DNA of 42,082 nt from sequence record SRR2962707_2477; one strand, 5' to 3'. Both the position numbers and the translations under genes were made by a program. The notes under the pieces are model-generated. The model had not been told where the DNA came from. It saw only the letters and a list, made by a program, of their open reading frames with translations, and did not search any database. Within the stretch, counting starts at the first letter, position 1; each line of letters opens with the position of its first letter. This document shows positions 34,613 to 42,082 of the stretch, piece by piece.

Positions 34613-35386
34613 ATGAGTACGGCATATGAGCGCATACGCGCACGCATCGATGAACTGCACCCCGGTACAAGTGATCGCGCCGCGTCGTTGGCCGCGTCAG
34701 ATGGCCGGAACGCCGACCTACTGCGAACTATTAAGCAGGGGCGATCCGCCTTTCCTCGCGGAGACAACCTGCAGGGCCTGGCGGACTACCTGCGTTGGCC
34801 CGTAAGCACTTTAACCGCAGAGCCGCACGACGATGACGCCCGCGATCTGCAGCGCGTCCCTCTAGAGGAGGACTGGCGCCCCACGTCAGAAGCGGATGGC
34901 GAGGGCTACGACCGCGACAGCTACAGCCCTACCATTCCTGGTGCGATCCCTGAACTTGATGCCAAGGCAGGAGCCGGCGAAGGTTCAGTGGGTGAAGTAA
35001 TGGTGCTGCCGATGGGGAACGGCACAATATCGGCCCACAAGATCCTGGACGAGTGGCGCATTCCGCCGTCGTATTTGCGCGAGGCCGTCTCCAACCCTGA
35101 ACGCGCCATAGTTCTCGGCATCCAAGGCGACAGCATGATGCCGAACTACGCGCCAGGTGATCGAGTGATAATTGATCTGACAGAGCACGAGCTGCGGGCA
35201 GATGGTGTGTACCTGATCAGCGACGGCTATTCAGAGCCTCAGATCAAGCGGCTGCAGCGCGTCATGTTCGCCGTGCCACCGCGATGCAGGATCATCAGCG
35301 ACAACCCGAGTTATGAGGCTCAGGAGGTCGATGTTGATGGGGTGAAGATACTCGGAAAGGTGGCGGCATACGTGGGGCGGCGGTGA
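34613..35386 (+). CDS. CI-like repressor (HTH plus S24 autopeptidase)
   Basis: Ala-Gly cleavage region 'AKAGAG', catalytic 'GDSM.P' and 'IKRL'; start at 34604 or 34613. Confidence 0.92.
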   Translation: MSTAYERIRARIDELHPGTSDRAASLAASDGRNADLLRTIKQGRSAFPRGDNLQGLADYLRWPVSTLTAEPHDDDARDLQRVPLEEDWRPTSEADGEGYDRDSYSPTIPGAIPELDAKAGAGEGSVGEVMVLPMGNGTISAHKILDEWRIPPSYLREAVSNPERAIVLGIQGDSMMPNYAPGDRVIIDLTEHELRADGVYLISDGYSEPQIKRLQRVMFAVPPRCRIISDNPSYEAQEVDVDGVKILGKVAAYVGRR

Positions 35387-35580
35387 CCATCCCCGGGGCG
35401 CCCAAAGAACCCAGAGAGCTCGCGGCCCGCGCACTATGTCGATTTGACGGTCATCCCGAGGATATCAAGTTCGAAGGAAGGCCTATGTGGGAGAGCTACA
35501 TTCCCTAGGCGGATGCAGTGGTGAAGAATATAGGGTGGTTGCCCGAGGGGAATGGCTGATGCGATTGATAATTGCTAGTT

Positions 35581-35600
35581 TGATATTATATGTGGTATCA
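35581..35600. promoter_or_regulatory. Inverted repeat over the hicA promoter region (probable HicB operator)
   Basis: TGATA-N10-TATCA in an AT-rich patch 2 nt before the GTG start. Confidence 0.55.
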
Positions 35601-35602
35601 CG

Positions 35603-35893
35603 GTGAGCAGAAATGACAAGTTAATCGCCGCCATCAGGAACAACCCAAAGGACGTTCGCTTCGATGACGCTCTTCGTGCTGCGGAATTGATCGGGTTCAC
35701 AGCGTCGGGCGGATCCGGCTCGCACCGTACTCTGGCGCGCCCCGGTGAGCCATCCCAGTTAAATTTCCAGCAAGTCGCTGGCGGCAAAGCGAAGCCGTAC
35801 CAGGTGCGTCAGCTTGTCGAGATGATCGACCGTTACTGGGGCGACGGCAGCGAAAACGGCGAAAATGATGTCGAGAGTGATAGCTATGACTAG
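35603..35893 (+). CDS. hicA: HicA-family mRNA interferase toxin
   Basis: 'NPKDVRFDD......GF....GSGSH....PG....NFQ....KAKPYQVRQL'. Confidence 0.88.
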   Translation: MSRNDKLIAAIRNNPKDVRFDDALRAAELIGFTASGGSGSHRTLARPGEPSQLNFQQVAGGKAKPYQVRQLVEMIDRYWGDGSENGENDVESDSYD

Positions 35894-36425
35894 CAAGTAT
35901 GCAGTGGAGTTTTTCTGGAGCGACGAGGACGAGGGCTATATCGCCACCGTACCTGACTTGCCGGGTTGCTCGGCATTTGGCGAAACGCGTGCTGACGCCG
36001 CCGCCGAGATTGAGCACTCGATCCTGGCTTGGATCGCGGCTGCTGAAGCTGCTGGGAATTCGGTGCCCGAGCCCTCCGTTCGTGCCGACTTTAACAGCTA
36101 TAGCGGCAAGATCCTGCTTCGCATGCCCAAGGAACTACATCAAGACCTGCAGGTTTGCGCTAAACAGCAGGGGGTTAGTCTGAATTCTTACGTATGCTTC
36201 AAGCTCTCCCAGAGGCACTACCACGCCGAAGCAATCAAGGATTTGGCAAGCTCGCTCCGTTGGCAATCTGTCGGCTTTACCAGCGGCGCGACCACTCAAC
36301 ACATCATCCAGCTTGCTTCGGTTACAAAGGTGAACGAGCCTTCCCTGATCCAAGGGAGCACAGCCACCCAGCCAGAAACCATCGTAACGCCATTGGCCAT
36401 GTTTGGGACGACGCACAATGCCTGA
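35886..36425 (+). CDS. hicB: HicB-family antitoxin with RHH domain and ~65-aa C-terminal extension
   Basis: 'WSDEDEGYIATVPDLPGCSAFGET...A' and 'YSGKILLRMPKELHQDL...A..QGVSLN'. Confidence 0.9.
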   Translation: MTSKYAVEFFWSDEDEGYIATVPDLPGCSAFGETRADAAAEIEHSILAWIAAAEAAGNSVPEPSVRADFNSYSGKILLRMPKELHQDLQVCAKQQGVSLNSYVCFKLSQRHYHAEAIKDLASSLRWQSVGFTSGATTQHIIQLASVTKVNEPSLIQGSTATQPETIVTPLAMFGTTHNA

Positions 36426-36663
36426 AGTCGCACAGTATAACTTCTCCTCGCGCGAAGTGGGGATCGCACTGCTGAAGCAAGCTAACATTACGTCTGGCAA
36501 ATGGTCGTTCGGCGTTAGTTTCGGCATTAATATCGGCAATTTCGGCGCCGATGAGCACCAAGTGTTCCCATCAGTGATGGCACAGGCGCAGGGTTTCGTA
36601 CTGCAGCGGGCTCCCGACGAGGCGCCCGATGTGGGCTTGGTGATCGACGCCGGCAAACTCTAG
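36418..36663 (+). CDS. Third gene of the hicAB operon, unknown function (81 aa)
   Basis: ATG overlaps the hicB stop (ATGCCTGA) and the gene is followed by a terminator. Confidence 0.75.
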   Translation: MPEVAQYNFSSREVGIALLKQANITSGKWSFGVSFGINIGNFGADEHQVFPSVMAQAQGFVLQRAPDEAPDVGLVIDAGKL

Positions 36664-36684
36664 CTTCTTACACAGACAGCCTGC

Positions 36685-36714
36685 AAAGCCCCGCCCTCGG
36701 GCGGGGCTTTTTTT
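36685..36714 (+). terminator. Intrinsic terminator, probably bidirectional
   Basis: AAAGCCCCGCC-CTCG-GGCGGGGCTTTTTTT between convergent genes. Confidence 0.92.
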
Positions 36715-36716
36715 GG

Positions 36717-37022
36717 TCAGTTGACCGTCGACCCTAGCGCCTCATAGGCCTGCAGCGTCTTGACCAAGTCGGGTATGACCTTGGGATGGAGCGGCTTGCA
36801 CATGTAGACCCGGTTCTGGTCGCTATCACCCCCGCCTCCCGCGATGCCTACCACTGGAATGATGTTGAATTCATCTTCGTCGGTGGCCGGGCCCGGGAAC
36901 GCATCAAATCGATAGTGGGGATACTCGCGCCGCATAGCGTTGAGCAGCAGCGCCTGCTCCGCCTCCCCTGCCCTCAATAGCCGTTCTGGAAAGGCTACAA
37001 CGAAGTGCGTCACGTCGCGCAT
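36717..37022 (-). CDS. Probably SOS-regulated hypothetical protein (101 aa)
   Basis: MRDVTHFVVAFP...; GGAG RBS embedded in a LexA box. Confidence 0.7.
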   Translation of the reverse strand: MRDVTHFVVAFPERLLRAGEAEQALLLNAMRREYPHYRFDAFPGPATDEDEFNIIPVVGIAGGGGDSDQNRVYMCKPLHPKVIPDLVKTLQAYEALGSTVN

Positions 37023-37025
37023 CTT

Positions 37026-37040
37026 GTTCTCCATATGTTC
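37026..37040 (-). promoter_or_regulatory. Alphaproteobacterial LexA box
   Basis: GAACatatggaGAAC (GAAC-N7-GAAC) 3 nt before the ATG at 37022. Confidence 0.75.
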
Positions 37041-37114
37041 CGCTTTGGATAACACTCCAGATCGCTAAGCGAGTCGAGTCTGATTTCATGGGCGCGATTA
37101 AGTTCTGCATGCGC

Positions 37115-37168
37115 ACGGCAATAGTGCCGCATTCTATGCTTGACGCGGCACAAGTGCCGCACTAGTGT
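37115..37168 (+). promoter_or_regulatory. OL operators and PL promoter
   Basis: ACGGCAATAGTGCCGC (37115-37130) and GCGGCACAAGTGCCGC (37145-37160); TTGACG-N17-TAGTGT (37140-37168) straddles the second operator. Confidence 0.85.
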
Positions 37169-37208
37169 TTTCCCATTACCAGCCATATCGGCAATGGGAG
37201 ATGAGACG

Positions 37209-37976
37209 ATGAACACAGAGACCGCCGCAAAGATCAGCAGCCTGATCAGCCGAGGCGCACTTTTCGTCATCAACCACAGTGCAGGCAAGGACAGTCAGGC
37301 TATGACCGCCATGCTTCGCCGCATGGTCCCCATTGCTCAATTGCTCGTCGTGCATGCCGACCTTGGCCGTGTTGAGTGGTCAGGTGTCCAGGATCATATC
37401 AGGGCAACCATTGGCTCCATGGAGCTGATCGTGTGCCGCAATGAGAACCGTGACTTGCTCCAGATGGTGGCAGATCGCGGCATGTTCCCCAGCCCGCAGC
37501 AGCGCCAATGCACCAGCGACCTCAAGCGCGGACCGATCGAGCGGACAATCCGCCGACATCTCAAGGCCCATCCAGAGTTCAACGGCTTGGTCGTAAATTG
37601 CATGGGGCTTCGCGCCGAGGAAAGCGCCAACCGAGCGAAGGCTAAGGTTCTCAAACTCAATGAGGGGAACAGCAAGGCCGGACGCGAATGGTATGACTGG
37701 CTGCCTATTCATGACTGGTCGCTTGATCAAGTTTGGCAGGAGACCGAAGCTGCAGGCCAGGAGCCGCACCCAGCGTATGCACTCGGTATGTCGCGCCTTT
37801 CCTGCGTCTTCTGCATCATGGCCAGCGACCGTGATCTGAGGATCGCTGCGGAGCATAACCTAGAGCTTTTTGCCCAGTACGTTGCCTTGGAGAAATCCAC
37901 GGGCCGCACAATGATGATGCCCCGCCAAGGCGTTGCGCTAGGCCTCGAAGAAATCACGGGCCTCAAGGCCGCCTAA
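37209..37976 (+). CDS. Phosphoadenosine-phosphosulfate (PAPS) reductase family protein
   Basis: PP-loop 'SAGKDS', 'RQCTSDLKRGPI', 'GLRAEESANRA', 'LPIHDWS' and 'HPAY..GMSRLSCVFC'. Confidence 0.9.
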   Translation: MNTETAAKISSLISRGALFVINHSAGKDSQAMTAMLRRMVPIAQLLVVHADLGRVEWSGVQDHIRATIGSMELIVCRNENRDLLQMVADRGMFPSPQQRQCTSDLKRGPIERTIRRHLKAHPEFNGLVVNCMGLRAEESANRAKAKVLKLNEGNSKAGREWYDWLPIHDWSLDQVWQETEAAGQEPHPAYALGMSRLSCVFCIMASDRDLRIAAEHNLELFAQYVALEKSTGRTMMMPRQGVALGLEEITGLKAA

Positions 37977-38032
37977 CCCCTTCCTCCCCCGGGCGGCGGG
38001 TTTGGCCAATAACCGGCCCGCCGATTTATTCA

Positions 38033-38230
38033 ATGTCCACCCTCCTAGAAGCGCTGATCGAGCAATCTGCTGAGCTGGTCGAGGCCGTCACCTTTGACGA
38101 ATCCGGCGTGAACGGCAGAGGCGGCAATGGCGGCCTGCTCGATCGCCAGACCATGCACAAGGCGGCCCGGCTCGGTCGGACGCTGGAGGCCATCAAGCGC
38201 CGCGGCGTGACTGCCGAGGTGTCGGCATGA
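38033..38230 (+). CDS. Hypothetical protein
   Basis: Coupled (ATGA) to the next gene; 'G.GGNGGLL' motif. Confidence 0.65.
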   Translation: MSTLLEALIEQSAELVEAVTFDESGVNGRGGNGGLLDRQTMHKAARLGRTLEAIKRRGVTAEVSA

Positions 38231-38442
38231 GGGGCCTGCACACAATCCGTCACAGCTATATCGACCCGCTCGAAAAGAAGCCGGTAGCGCGCGGCCGCAG
38301 GGTGATCACGCCCGAGCAGGCTGCAGCCGATACGGCATTCTGGCGAGAGCATCGAGAGAAAGCTCACGCCGAGACGGCACGAATTGAAGCCGAATGGGAC
38401 GCCCGGCACGGGGTCACCAGAACGAAGGGGCGCAAGCCATGA
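38227..38442 (+). CDS. Hypothetical protein
   Basis: GAGG RBS; ATGA overlaps at both ends. Confidence 0.6.
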   Translation: MRGLHTIRHSYIDPLEKKPVARGRRVITPEQAAADTAFWREHREKAHAETARIEAEWDARHGVTRTKGRKP

Positions 38443-38549
38443 TCGCCATCCGCAATACCGTTTTGCTCTCAGCCTGGACGCTGGGGATCTTCGCCGCCGG
38501 GTTCTGGTTGCGCTTCGATGTGCCTATCTGGAGTGCGTTCAATGGCTGA
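38439..38549 (+). CDS. Tiny single-TM peptide (36 aa, not in the ORF track)
   Basis: MIAIRNTVLLSAWTLGIFAAGFWLRFDVPIWSAFNG*; fills the gap with overlaps on both sides. Confidence 0.55.
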   Translation: MIAIRNTVLLSAWTLGIFAAGFWLRFDVPIWSAFNG

Positions 38550-39225
38550 CCGCCCCATCCTGTTCAGCGCCCCAATGGTCCGCGCCCTGCTCGCAGGTAC
38601 GAAGACCCAAACCCGGCGCATCCTGAAACCCCAGCCGTCCGACTTCCAAGGCGCCAAGACCCCGCCAGAGGGCATGTCATGGGTGAACAAGAAGCGCGAT
38701 GCGCCGTTCCTTGCCCTGCATAATGACCTCGAACACTGGTGTTGGTGGGATGAATATCTCAACCAGGGGCCGGATTGGCTCAAGGTCCGCTGGGCCAAGG
38801 GCGATCGGCTTTGGGTTCGCGAGACTTGGGCCCATGCCCAGACGGGCGGATACGATGGCCGTGAAGATGGCGGGGATATCTGGTTCCGCGCCACAGACGG
38901 GCAGGCTGTAGACGGCCCTTGGAAACCTTCAATCTTCATGCCCCGCTGGGCTTCCCGCCTTACGCTGGAAGTCTCAGATGTACGGGTTGAGCGGCTGCAG
39001 GATATCAGCGAGCAAGATGCCGTAGCCGAGGGGATCGAGCAGTCCCGTAACTTCCCAGATCGGTACATGACCCCAGCCGGAGACTATGCGGTCCCGACAA
39101 TCGCCTATCAGCGGCTTTGGGAATCCATCAACGGCCCCGGCTCATGGGATGCAAATCCGTTCGTTATCGCCGTGAGCTTTTCCGTTCACCGCGGCAATAT
39201 CGATCAGCTGGCGAGGGCTTCGTGA
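38542..39225 (+). CDS. ASCH/PUA-like phage protein
   Basis: 'PILFSAPMVRALLAGTKTQTRR', 'GDRLWVRETW' and 'WKPSIFMPRWASRLTLEV..VRVERLQDISE.DA.AEG'. Confidence 0.85.
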   Translation: MADRPILFSAPMVRALLAGTKTQTRRILKPQPSDFQGAKTPPEGMSWVNKKRDAPFLALHNDLEHWCWWDEYLNQGPDWLKVRWAKGDRLWVRETWAHAQTGGYDGREDGGDIWFRATDGQAVDGPWKPSIFMPRWASRLTLEVSDVRVERLQDISEQDAVAEGIEQSRNFPDRYMTPAGDYAVPTIAYQRLWESINGPGSWDANPFVIAVSFSVHRGNIDQLARAS

Positions 39226-39596
39226 TGTCCGGTCGCTCCGCTATTGCCCCTGCTGTTCTCGATACGATTGCCACGATGCGCGAAGCCGGGGCGCCCTATT
39301 CCGCCATCGGCCGCGCTACCGGTGTGAATCCTAAGACATGCCAATATCACGCGCTTGCCCTTGGCGGGTTTGCGCCAGTGTTCAGCTGCTACAGCCAGGG
39401 CCGCACGGCATATCTCCGCGCCGGCAGACTGGTGCGGCCGTTCAACGCCAATGAAGACGCTGCAATCGTCCGCTGGGCGCTGCAGGGCCTGACACTTCAC
39501 GAAATGGGCAGGTGCCTCGGGCGGTCACACAGCACGGTATTGCACCGGCTGCGGGCGCTCGCCAGGCACGGTGCCGAGAGCGAGGCAGCATCATGA
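39225..39596 (+). CDS. Double-HTH protein
   Basis: 'MREAGAPYSAIGRATGVNPKT' and 'GLTLHEMGRCLGRSHSTVLHRL'; TGATG overlap. Confidence 0.7.
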   Translation: MSGRSAIAPAVLDTIATMREAGAPYSAIGRATGVNPKTCQYHALALGGFAPVFSCYSQGRTAYLRAGRLVRPFNANEDAAIVRWALQGLTLHEMGRCLGRSHSTVLHRLRALARHGAESEAAS

Positions 39597-39898
39597 CCAT
39601 TACGGTTTACCAGATCGGCCGCCCCGACATCTTCCCGCCCATCCCTAATTTCCTCGAATACGCCTTCGAGAGGCAGACTATGAAAGACCCTATGCCAGTG
39701 AACCTGCGGACATCCGAGGAAGTTCGCGCCCAAGGCCACCAGGCGGAATGCCGGGACGCCGATGGGCACCTGACCCGCACCCATGCCCCGTTCAAGACCG
39801 ATGAAGACGTGCTTTGGCTGATCAATGAGGCCATGGAGTGCGGGGAAACGGTGACGATCTGGCCGCTGCGCGCTGCTGGGGAGGTTCGTCATGGGTGA
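39593..39898 (+). CDS. Hypothetical protein
   Basis: ATGA overlap with a GAGG RBS; alternative start at 39680. Confidence 0.6.
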   Translation: MTITVYQIGRPDIFPPIPNFLEYAFERQTMKDPMPVNLRTSEEVRAQGHQAECRDADGHLTRTHAPFKTDEDVLWLINEAMECGETVTIWPLRAAGEVRHG

Positions 39899-40271
39899 AT
39901 CCACCGCTCAAAAGCTATCGCAATTCATTGGCGACGGTGCCCGCTCAGATGGGTTCCAGGAATTCGTGGAACTGACCGAGGCGCTGCGCGGGATGAGTGC
40001 AGGCACAGACGAAAAGACCATGCGACTGGTGCGGTTCATGACCGCTGTCAGCATCGCCTGCATTGAGGTCGCCACCCAAGAGCACCAGCGCGATCCTGAT
40101 GCGGTTGCGGATATCGTGCACGCCTTGTGCGCCGGAACGTCCATTGCCATGACCAGCGCCGTGCTCAGTGTTTTGCGGGACGATACACCTGCCGAAGCGC
40201 TGCGCGATATCGTGCTGTCCTCATTCGAGGCCGGGCTTGAGCAGACGATCAAGTCGAACGGGCTTGTCTGA
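39891..40271 (+). CDS. Hypothetical helical protein
   Basis: GGAGG RBS; overlapping neighbours. Confidence 0.7.
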   Translation: MGESTAQKLSQFIGDGARSDGFQEFVELTEALRGMSAGTDEKTMRLVRFMTAVSIACIEVATQEHQRDPDAVADIVHALCAGTSIAMTSAVLSVLRDDTPAEALRDIVLSSFEAGLEQTIKSNGLV

Positions 40272-40753
40272 TGAACCAGCGCGTTGAGCCCATCCGCAGC
40301 GCCGCCATCCGCAACAGCGCCAACGGTGCGCCCTGTATGCTGCAATTCCCGCGCCTTGATAAATTCGAGGGCTGCAACCATGACCCGTCGACAACGGTCT
40401 GGGCCCACTGGCGCGACGAGACGTTCGGCCGGAGCCGCAAGGCGCACGACACCAGCGGATTCCCCGCCTGCAGTTCGTGCCACCAATTCCTCGATGTCGG
40501 CTGGGTCGACAAAATGGAGCTTGGCCTCATCCGATGGTACGTCATTCGGGCAATGCAGCGGGCCTTTGTGCACCTAGTCGAGACTGGCGCAGTGCCGGTG
40601 AAACTGGACGCCGTGCCACGGGCCACCGCCCGCCCGGTAAAACCCCCTAAGTCCAAAGAACCGCGCCCCGCCATCCCTGGACGCCCGATGCAGAACTCTT
40701 CCCGATCTATCGCACCCCGCCAGTTTCAGAAGCCGGTGCGTCACAAGTCATGA
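40271..40753 (+). CDS. DUF1364 (YbcO-like) Zn/His-Me nuclease-fold protein
   Basis: 'SA.G.PC......CNHD..TTVWAH......KAHD.....ACSSCH..LD'. Confidence 0.8.
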   Translation: MNQRVEPIRSAAIRNSANGAPCMLQFPRLDKFEGCNHDPSTTVWAHWRDETFGRSRKAHDTSGFPACSSCHQFLDVGWVDKMELGLIRWYVIRAMQRAFVHLVETGAVPVKLDAVPRATARPVKPPKSKEPRPAIPGRPMQNSSRSIAPRQFQKPVRHKS

Positions 40754-40810
40754 AGTGCCGGACGATCTGGCGTCAAAAATCAATTCTGCCGTTACACCGA
40801 GAGGCTAAAA

Positions 40811-41107
40811 ATGAGCCATTTGGCACCTGCCCGACCACTCACCCCAGACCAAGTCGCTGAAATTTGGGGCTGCTCTCCGAACCACGTGCGCAACCTAATC
40901 CACAGGGGTGAGCTGCGGGCTTTCCGACTAGGGCAGCGCCTGCTCAGAATACCGGCTGATGCAATCGGGGAATACGAAGCATGTCAACAGAACTCAGAAT
41001 TGGGCGCCTCAACGGAGGGTATGTCGTCACCTGGTGGGAGGGAGACAGGCGACGGCGTTATCGTCTTAACGCACAGTCGCGAACGGCAGCAGAGACAGAA
41101 GCTCTAG
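40811..41107 (+). CDS. xis: Excisionase (HTH DNA-binding)
   Basis: 'LTPDQVAEIWGCS..HVRNLI.RGELRAFRLG..LRIP'; adjacent to the integrase. Confidence 0.85.
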   Translation: MSHLAPARPLTPDQVAEIWGCSPNHVRNLIHRGELRAFRLGQRLLRIPADAIGEYEACQQNSELGASTEGMSSPGGRETGDGVIVLTHSRERQQRQKL

Positions 41108-41988
41108 CGGTCTTCCAAAGAGAAACGCTTAAGGCGACCGGCATCACCGTCGGCGCGCTCTGGGAAATGTATCGCAAGGAGAAGGAAGGCCGGCGCATCG
41201 CCGTCACGATGGGCTTCGAGCGCAAGGCGATGTTCCCGTTCTTCGCTGATCTGCGCCCGGAAGAACTGACCATCGAGATGTGCCGGAAATATACGGCAGC
41301 TCGCCGCAAGGCAGGCAAGCAAGATGGAACAATCTGGACCGAGCTGGGTCACCTACGCACCGTTATGACATGGGCCGCTGATCGTCGCCTGATACCATAC
41401 GCGCCAGCCATCGAGCGCCCCCAGAAGCCTGCGCCTAAAGAACGTTGGCTGACCCGTGAGGAATGCGCCCGCCTGATCGCAGCAGCGGACGCCCACCACG
41501 TCAAGCTCGCAATCATGCTGATGCTGGCGACGGCAGGACGCGTCACCGCCATTCTCGAACTGACATGGGATAGGGTGGACTTTGACCGCGGCATCATCAG
41601 CCTTCGAAGCACCGAGGGGACCACACGCAAGGGTCGGGCAACCGTGCCGATGAACGACATGGTGCGGGCAGCGTTAAGCCACGCCGAGAAGGCGGCAACG
41701 ACGGATTATGTGGTGGAGTGGGCAGGCGGCCCCATCAAGCGTCTGCGCACCGGCTTCAACGCAGCGGTAAAGGCCGCTGGGCTGAGAGACGTGAGCCCTC
41801 ACGTTCTTCGCCATTCTGCAGCGGTGCACTTGGCAGCAGCAGGCACGCCAATGAGCAAGATCAGTCAGTACCTGGGACACAGCTCAACTGCTGTCACAGA
41901 GCGCGTATATGCCCGTTTCGCGCCCGACCACCTGCGGGATGAGGCCGATATTCTGGACTTCTCAATGCCGCTCCGACTTGTCCGCTAG
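40981..41988 (+). CDS. int: Tyrosine recombinase / phage integrase
   Basis: Catalytic R ('TAGR'), K ('RKGR'), 'HVLRH', 'LGH' and 'VYA'; ends next to the att site. Confidence 0.96.
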   Translation: MSTELRIGRLNGGYVVTWWEGDRRRRYRLNAQSRTAAETEALAVFQRETLKATGITVGALWEMYRKEKEGRRIAVTMGFERKAMFPFFADLRPEELTIEMCRKYTAARRKAGKQDGTIWTELGHLRTVMTWAADRRLIPYAPAIERPQKPAPKERWLTREECARLIAAADAHHVKLAIMLMLATAGRVTAILELTWDRVDFDRGIISLRSTEGTTRKGRATVPMNDMVRAALSHAEKAATTDYVVEWAGGPIKRLRTGFNAAVKAAGLRDVSPHVLRHSAAVHLAAAGTPMSKISQYLGHSSTAVTERVYARFAPDHLRDEADILDFSMPLRLVR

Positions 41989-42037
41989 GTACGATAAACC
42001 TATGAACCGTCCGCAAAATTCGCCGCAACGTCAATTA

Positions 42038-42050
42038 AATCAATGGGTTG
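42038..42050 (+). promoter_or_regulatory. IHF-binding site next to the att core
   Basis: AATCAAtgggTTG matches WATCAR-N4-TTR. Confidence 0.55.
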
Positions 42051-42052
42051 AT

Positions 42053-42082
42053 TGGTGGGCCCACCAGGACTCGAACCTGGAA
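42053..42082 (-). tRNA. 3' end of the target tRNA (CAT anticodon, Ile2/Met-type), continuing beyond the window; att site
   Basis: Minus strand TTCCAGGTTCGAGTCCTGGTGGGCCCACCA = T-arm, acceptor strand and CCA. The anticodon is inferred from the left-end copy. Confidence 0.85.

Larger units (their letters stand above)
1..42082. mobile_element. Complete temperate prophage (HK97-type head, long non-contractile tail) integrated at a tRNA(CAT) gene
   Basis: Direct repeat GACTCGAACCTGGAA at 1-15 and 42068-42082. Integrase, xis, cI/cro, replication, terminase, portal, capsid, tail and lysis modules are present in lambdoid order with no obvious disruptions. Confidence 0.97.

Overview
The window is an apparently complete ~42 kb temperate siphovirus prophage of an alphaproteobacterial host (Hyphomicrobiales-like, inferred from gene families and LexA/CtrA/EcfG-type motifs). 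It is integrated in a CAT-anticodon tRNA gene (Ile2/Met-type): a 15-bp exact repeat bounds the window, and the left copy continues to the anticodon loop. From right to left it carries a tyrosine integrase and Xis; an early-left operon (PAPS-reductase-family, ASCH-like, DUF1364); an immunity region (cI, cro, five palindromic operators) with a HicA-HicB-third-gene cassette beside cI; an early-right/replication operon (LexA-like HTH, GapR-like DUF2312, HNH, two DNA methyltransferases, DnaA-C-like HTH, initiator with internal iterons); a NusG-family regulator; HNH/terminase; an HK97-type head; a non-contractile tail with a -1 frameshift chaperone; a tail fibre; an O-acetyltransferase with two O-acetylesterases; a lysis cassette; and a left-end cluster of small accessory genes including SRAP. 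The best candidates for new biology are the tripartite HicAB-X module, the acetylation writer/eraser cluster at the tail fibre, and a CCUCC-loop (cuckoo-like) RNA in the early-right transcript. Several start codons were moved from the ORF track using RBS and overlap evidence. All family calls come from motif recognition by eye, not database searches.
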